DNA from: an uncultured Verrucomicrobiae bacterium
Lineage (GTDB): Bacteria; Verrucomicrobiota; Verrucomicrobiia; Limisphaerales; JAFGQR01
Assembly (NCBI GenBank): GCA_963788655.1
Contig: CAWBHS010000062.1
Span: forward strand, 128,001-192,000
Length of the DNA: 64,000 bases
Reading direction: 5' to 3'
Shown: positions 62,104 through 64,000 of the stretch, piece after piece
Layout: each line of letters begins with the position of its first letter
How positions within the stretch are numbered: the first letter of the stretch is position 1
The notes under the pieces: generated by a model
The model's input: the letters and a program-made list of their open reading frames with translations, nothing else
Database searches by the model: none
What the model was told of the DNA's origin: nothing
Program-made: the position numbers and the translations under genes

Positions 62104-62549
62104 GTATGAAAGTGTCCTTCCGCGAAATTATCAGTGGTTTCAAGAGCCTGCTCATCGGCATGCGCGTGACCATTGGCCAGTTCTTCAAGCCGTCATTGAC
62201 GGTGCAATATCCGCATGAATCTCTGAAAATGCCGACGCGTTTTCGCGGGCACATCGAACTGGTGCGCGACGAGACGACCGGCCGGCCACTCTGTTATGCG
62301 TGCAAGCTGTGCGAGAAGTCCTGTCCCACGGATTGCATCAAGGTTGAAGGTGTCAAGCGGGAAGGCGAGAAACGCAAATCAGTGTCGGAATACCGGCTGG
62401 ACTTTACCAAGTGCAGTCTGTGCGGATCATGCGTGGAAGCGTGCCGGGACCACGCGATCCGGTTTTCCAACCAGTACAATTTGGCGAGCACCAACAAGGA
62501 GGAGTTTGTCCTTGACTTGTTTAAGCGACTGGAACAGGAAGGAAAATGA
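62100..62549 (+). CDS. nuoI: subunit I
   Basis: T.QYP, RFRG, CYACKLCEKSCP and CSLCGSCVEAC. Confidence 0.94.
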   Translation: MSMKVSFREIISGFKSLLIGMRVTIGQFFKPSLTVQYPHESLKMPTRFRGHIELVRDETTGRPLCYACKLCEKSCPTDCIKVEGVKREGEKRKSVSEYRLDFTKCSLCGSCVEACRDHAIRFSNQYNLASTNKEEFVLDLFKRLEQEGK

Positions 62550-63081
62550 CTTCGTTTCCCGCCGCTGATTACATCCTTGCCGGCGTTTTTGGCCTCATCG
62601 TGGCAACCACCGTGGCCGGGGCGTTGATCGCTGCCCTGAGCACGCGCATCATTCGCAGCGTCTGCGGTCTGGCGCTGTGCTGCCTTGGCTTGGCGGGCTT
62701 GTATTACTTTCTAAATAGCCCTTTTCTGGCGCTGATGGAAATCCTGATTTACGTGGGCGCCGTGTGCGTGACCATCGTTTTTGCGATCATGCTCGCCGAA
62801 CCCGATGAGCCGGCCGAGAGGGAATCGCGGGCACAGGAGCCTGATCTGGGGCGGCTGCGCCCTGCTGGTCAGCGCGGCGGTTTTTATTGGCGCCGCGCGC
62901 TTGGGGCTCCAGGAGAAATGGCTGCCGCCCGTCCAAGCTGACATCGAATGGCTCCGTCGAAGCCATCGGCGTTTCGTTGCTCACCACTTACAGTCTGGCT
63001 TTTGAACTGATCTCCCTTGTGCTCCTGGTTGCGATCCTGGGCGCGCTGGTGATCGCGCGCACTGGACGAACCAAACCATGA
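62546..63081 (+). CDS. nuoJ: subunit J (frameshifts near 62825 and 62930)
   Basis: FLA..ILIYVGAV.V...FAIML; IG..L...Y...FELIS.VLLVA..GA. Confidence 0.9.
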
Positions 63082-63404
63082 CCCTCATCCACCTTTACGA
63101 ACAACCCGGAATTTATCTCCTCATCGCGGCCTTTCTCCTGGCCGTCGGCATCTATGGCCTGATCCGGCGCCGCACCCTCATCGGCATGCTCATCTCCGGC
63201 GAATTGATCTTCGCCGCCGCGTCGCTCAATCTCATGGCCTTGAACCGGTTCGTCGCGCCGGACCCCACCGTCGGCCAGATTTTTGTGCTGTTCATCATGG
63301 GTCTGGCGGCGGCCGAAGTGGCCATTTTGCTCAGCATCGTCATCGCGGTCTATCGCAACTACCGCTCAATCAACTCCGAGGATTTGTCGGATTTGAACGG
63401 CTAG
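63078..63404 (+). CDS. nuoK: subunit K
   Basis: G.YG...RR..I..L.S.EL, GQIF..F....AAAE.AI. Confidence 0.93.
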   Translation: MTLIHLYEQPGIYLLIAAFLLAVGIYGLIRRRTLIGMLISGELIFAAASLNLMALNRFVAPDPTVGQIFVLFIMGLAAAEVAILLSIVIAVYRNYRSINSEDLSDLNG

Positions 63405-63408
63405 CCGC

Positions 63409-64000
63409 ATGGACACGATTCCCGACATCCGCCTCCTCCTGGCCTTGCTGGCCCCGCTCCTGGGTTCGGTGCTGGTGATGGCCACCGGCAAACGGCCGAA
63501 CCTCCGCGAAGCCTGTTCTTTTCTCGCCGCGGCCGCGCTGTTCACCATCACGCTCACGCTGGTTCCGGCGGTGCGCGACGGGAAGATCTTGTCCTATACC
63601 GTGTTTCAACTGCTGCCGGGCCTGAGCATTTCGCTGCGCGCCGACGGGCTGTCGATGATCTTTGCCATCGCCGCCTCGTTCCTGTGGGTGGTCACGGTGT
63701 TTTATTCGGCCGGCTACATGCGTGGCCTGGAGGAACACGCGCAAACCCGGTTCAACGTCTGTTTCGCCCTGACGCTGTTCGGCGCCATCGGCTGCGCGTT
63801 CGCCGACAATCTGCTCACCCTGTATCTCTTTTACGAAATCGTCAGCGTTTGCACCTATCCGTTGGTGGCCCATCATCAGGACGAGGAAGGCTACGAGGGC
63901 GGCAAGAAATATCTCGTCTATCTGACCAGCACCGCCAAGGGGCTCATTCTCCCGGCGATGATTTTGATTTACGTGCTGACGGGCAACCTGGATTTCGCCC
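63409..64000 (+). CDS. MrpD/NuoL-M-N family antiporter-like subunit, truncated by window end
   Basis: MDTIPDIRLLLALLAP..., RPNLREA, LRADGL..IF, YSAGYM, ADNLLTLYLFYEI...TYPLVAH, GKKYL.Y; frame open to window end. Confidence 0.88.
   Translation, partial: MDTIPDIRLLLALLAPLLGSVLVMATGKRPNLREACSFLAAAALFTITLTLVPAVRDGKILSYTVFQLLPGLSISLRADGLSMIFAIAASFLWVVTVFYSAGYMRGLEEHAQTRFNVCFALTLFGAIGCAFADNLLTLYLFYEIVSVCTYPLVAHHQDEEGYEGGKKYLVYLTSTAKGLILPAMILIYVLTGNLDFA

Overview
GC-rich bacterial window; gene content, protein motifs and repeat style suggest Verrucomicrobiota (Pedosphaera/Limisphaera-like), which is an inference. Core genes: purH, proC, efp, and the cluster prs-rplY-pth-rpsF-ssb-rplI. Accessory content: an OmpR-family two-component system with a phased six-half-site operator, an MlaEFD-like transporter with a degenerate ATPase, tandem thymidylate-kinase-like genes coupled to a ROK kinase, several large secreted proteins (streptopain-like protease, PKD protein, clan-A glycoside hydrolase, three-domain serine hydrolase, 2231-aa lamin-tail/CotH protein), hypFCDE, and a complex-I-like operon lacking nuoEFG that runs off the window end. 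Intergenic DNA is full of several REP-like palindrome families, and the window encodes a Y1/RAYT-like HUH transposase. The most unusual signals: (i) small TTA-flanked elements with the same GAGCCTGTTT terminal inverted repeats but different REP-like cargo; (ii) REP doublets inserted in frame inside hypF and a HEAT-repeat gene; (iii) enrichment of T/S-N dipeptides and a shared S-[TS]-[DN]-L..W...[FY]YR module in extracytoplasmic proteins. About 20 single-base frameshifts, including in ribosomal protein genes, are most likely sequencing errors. No rRNA, tRNA or CRISPR array was seen.
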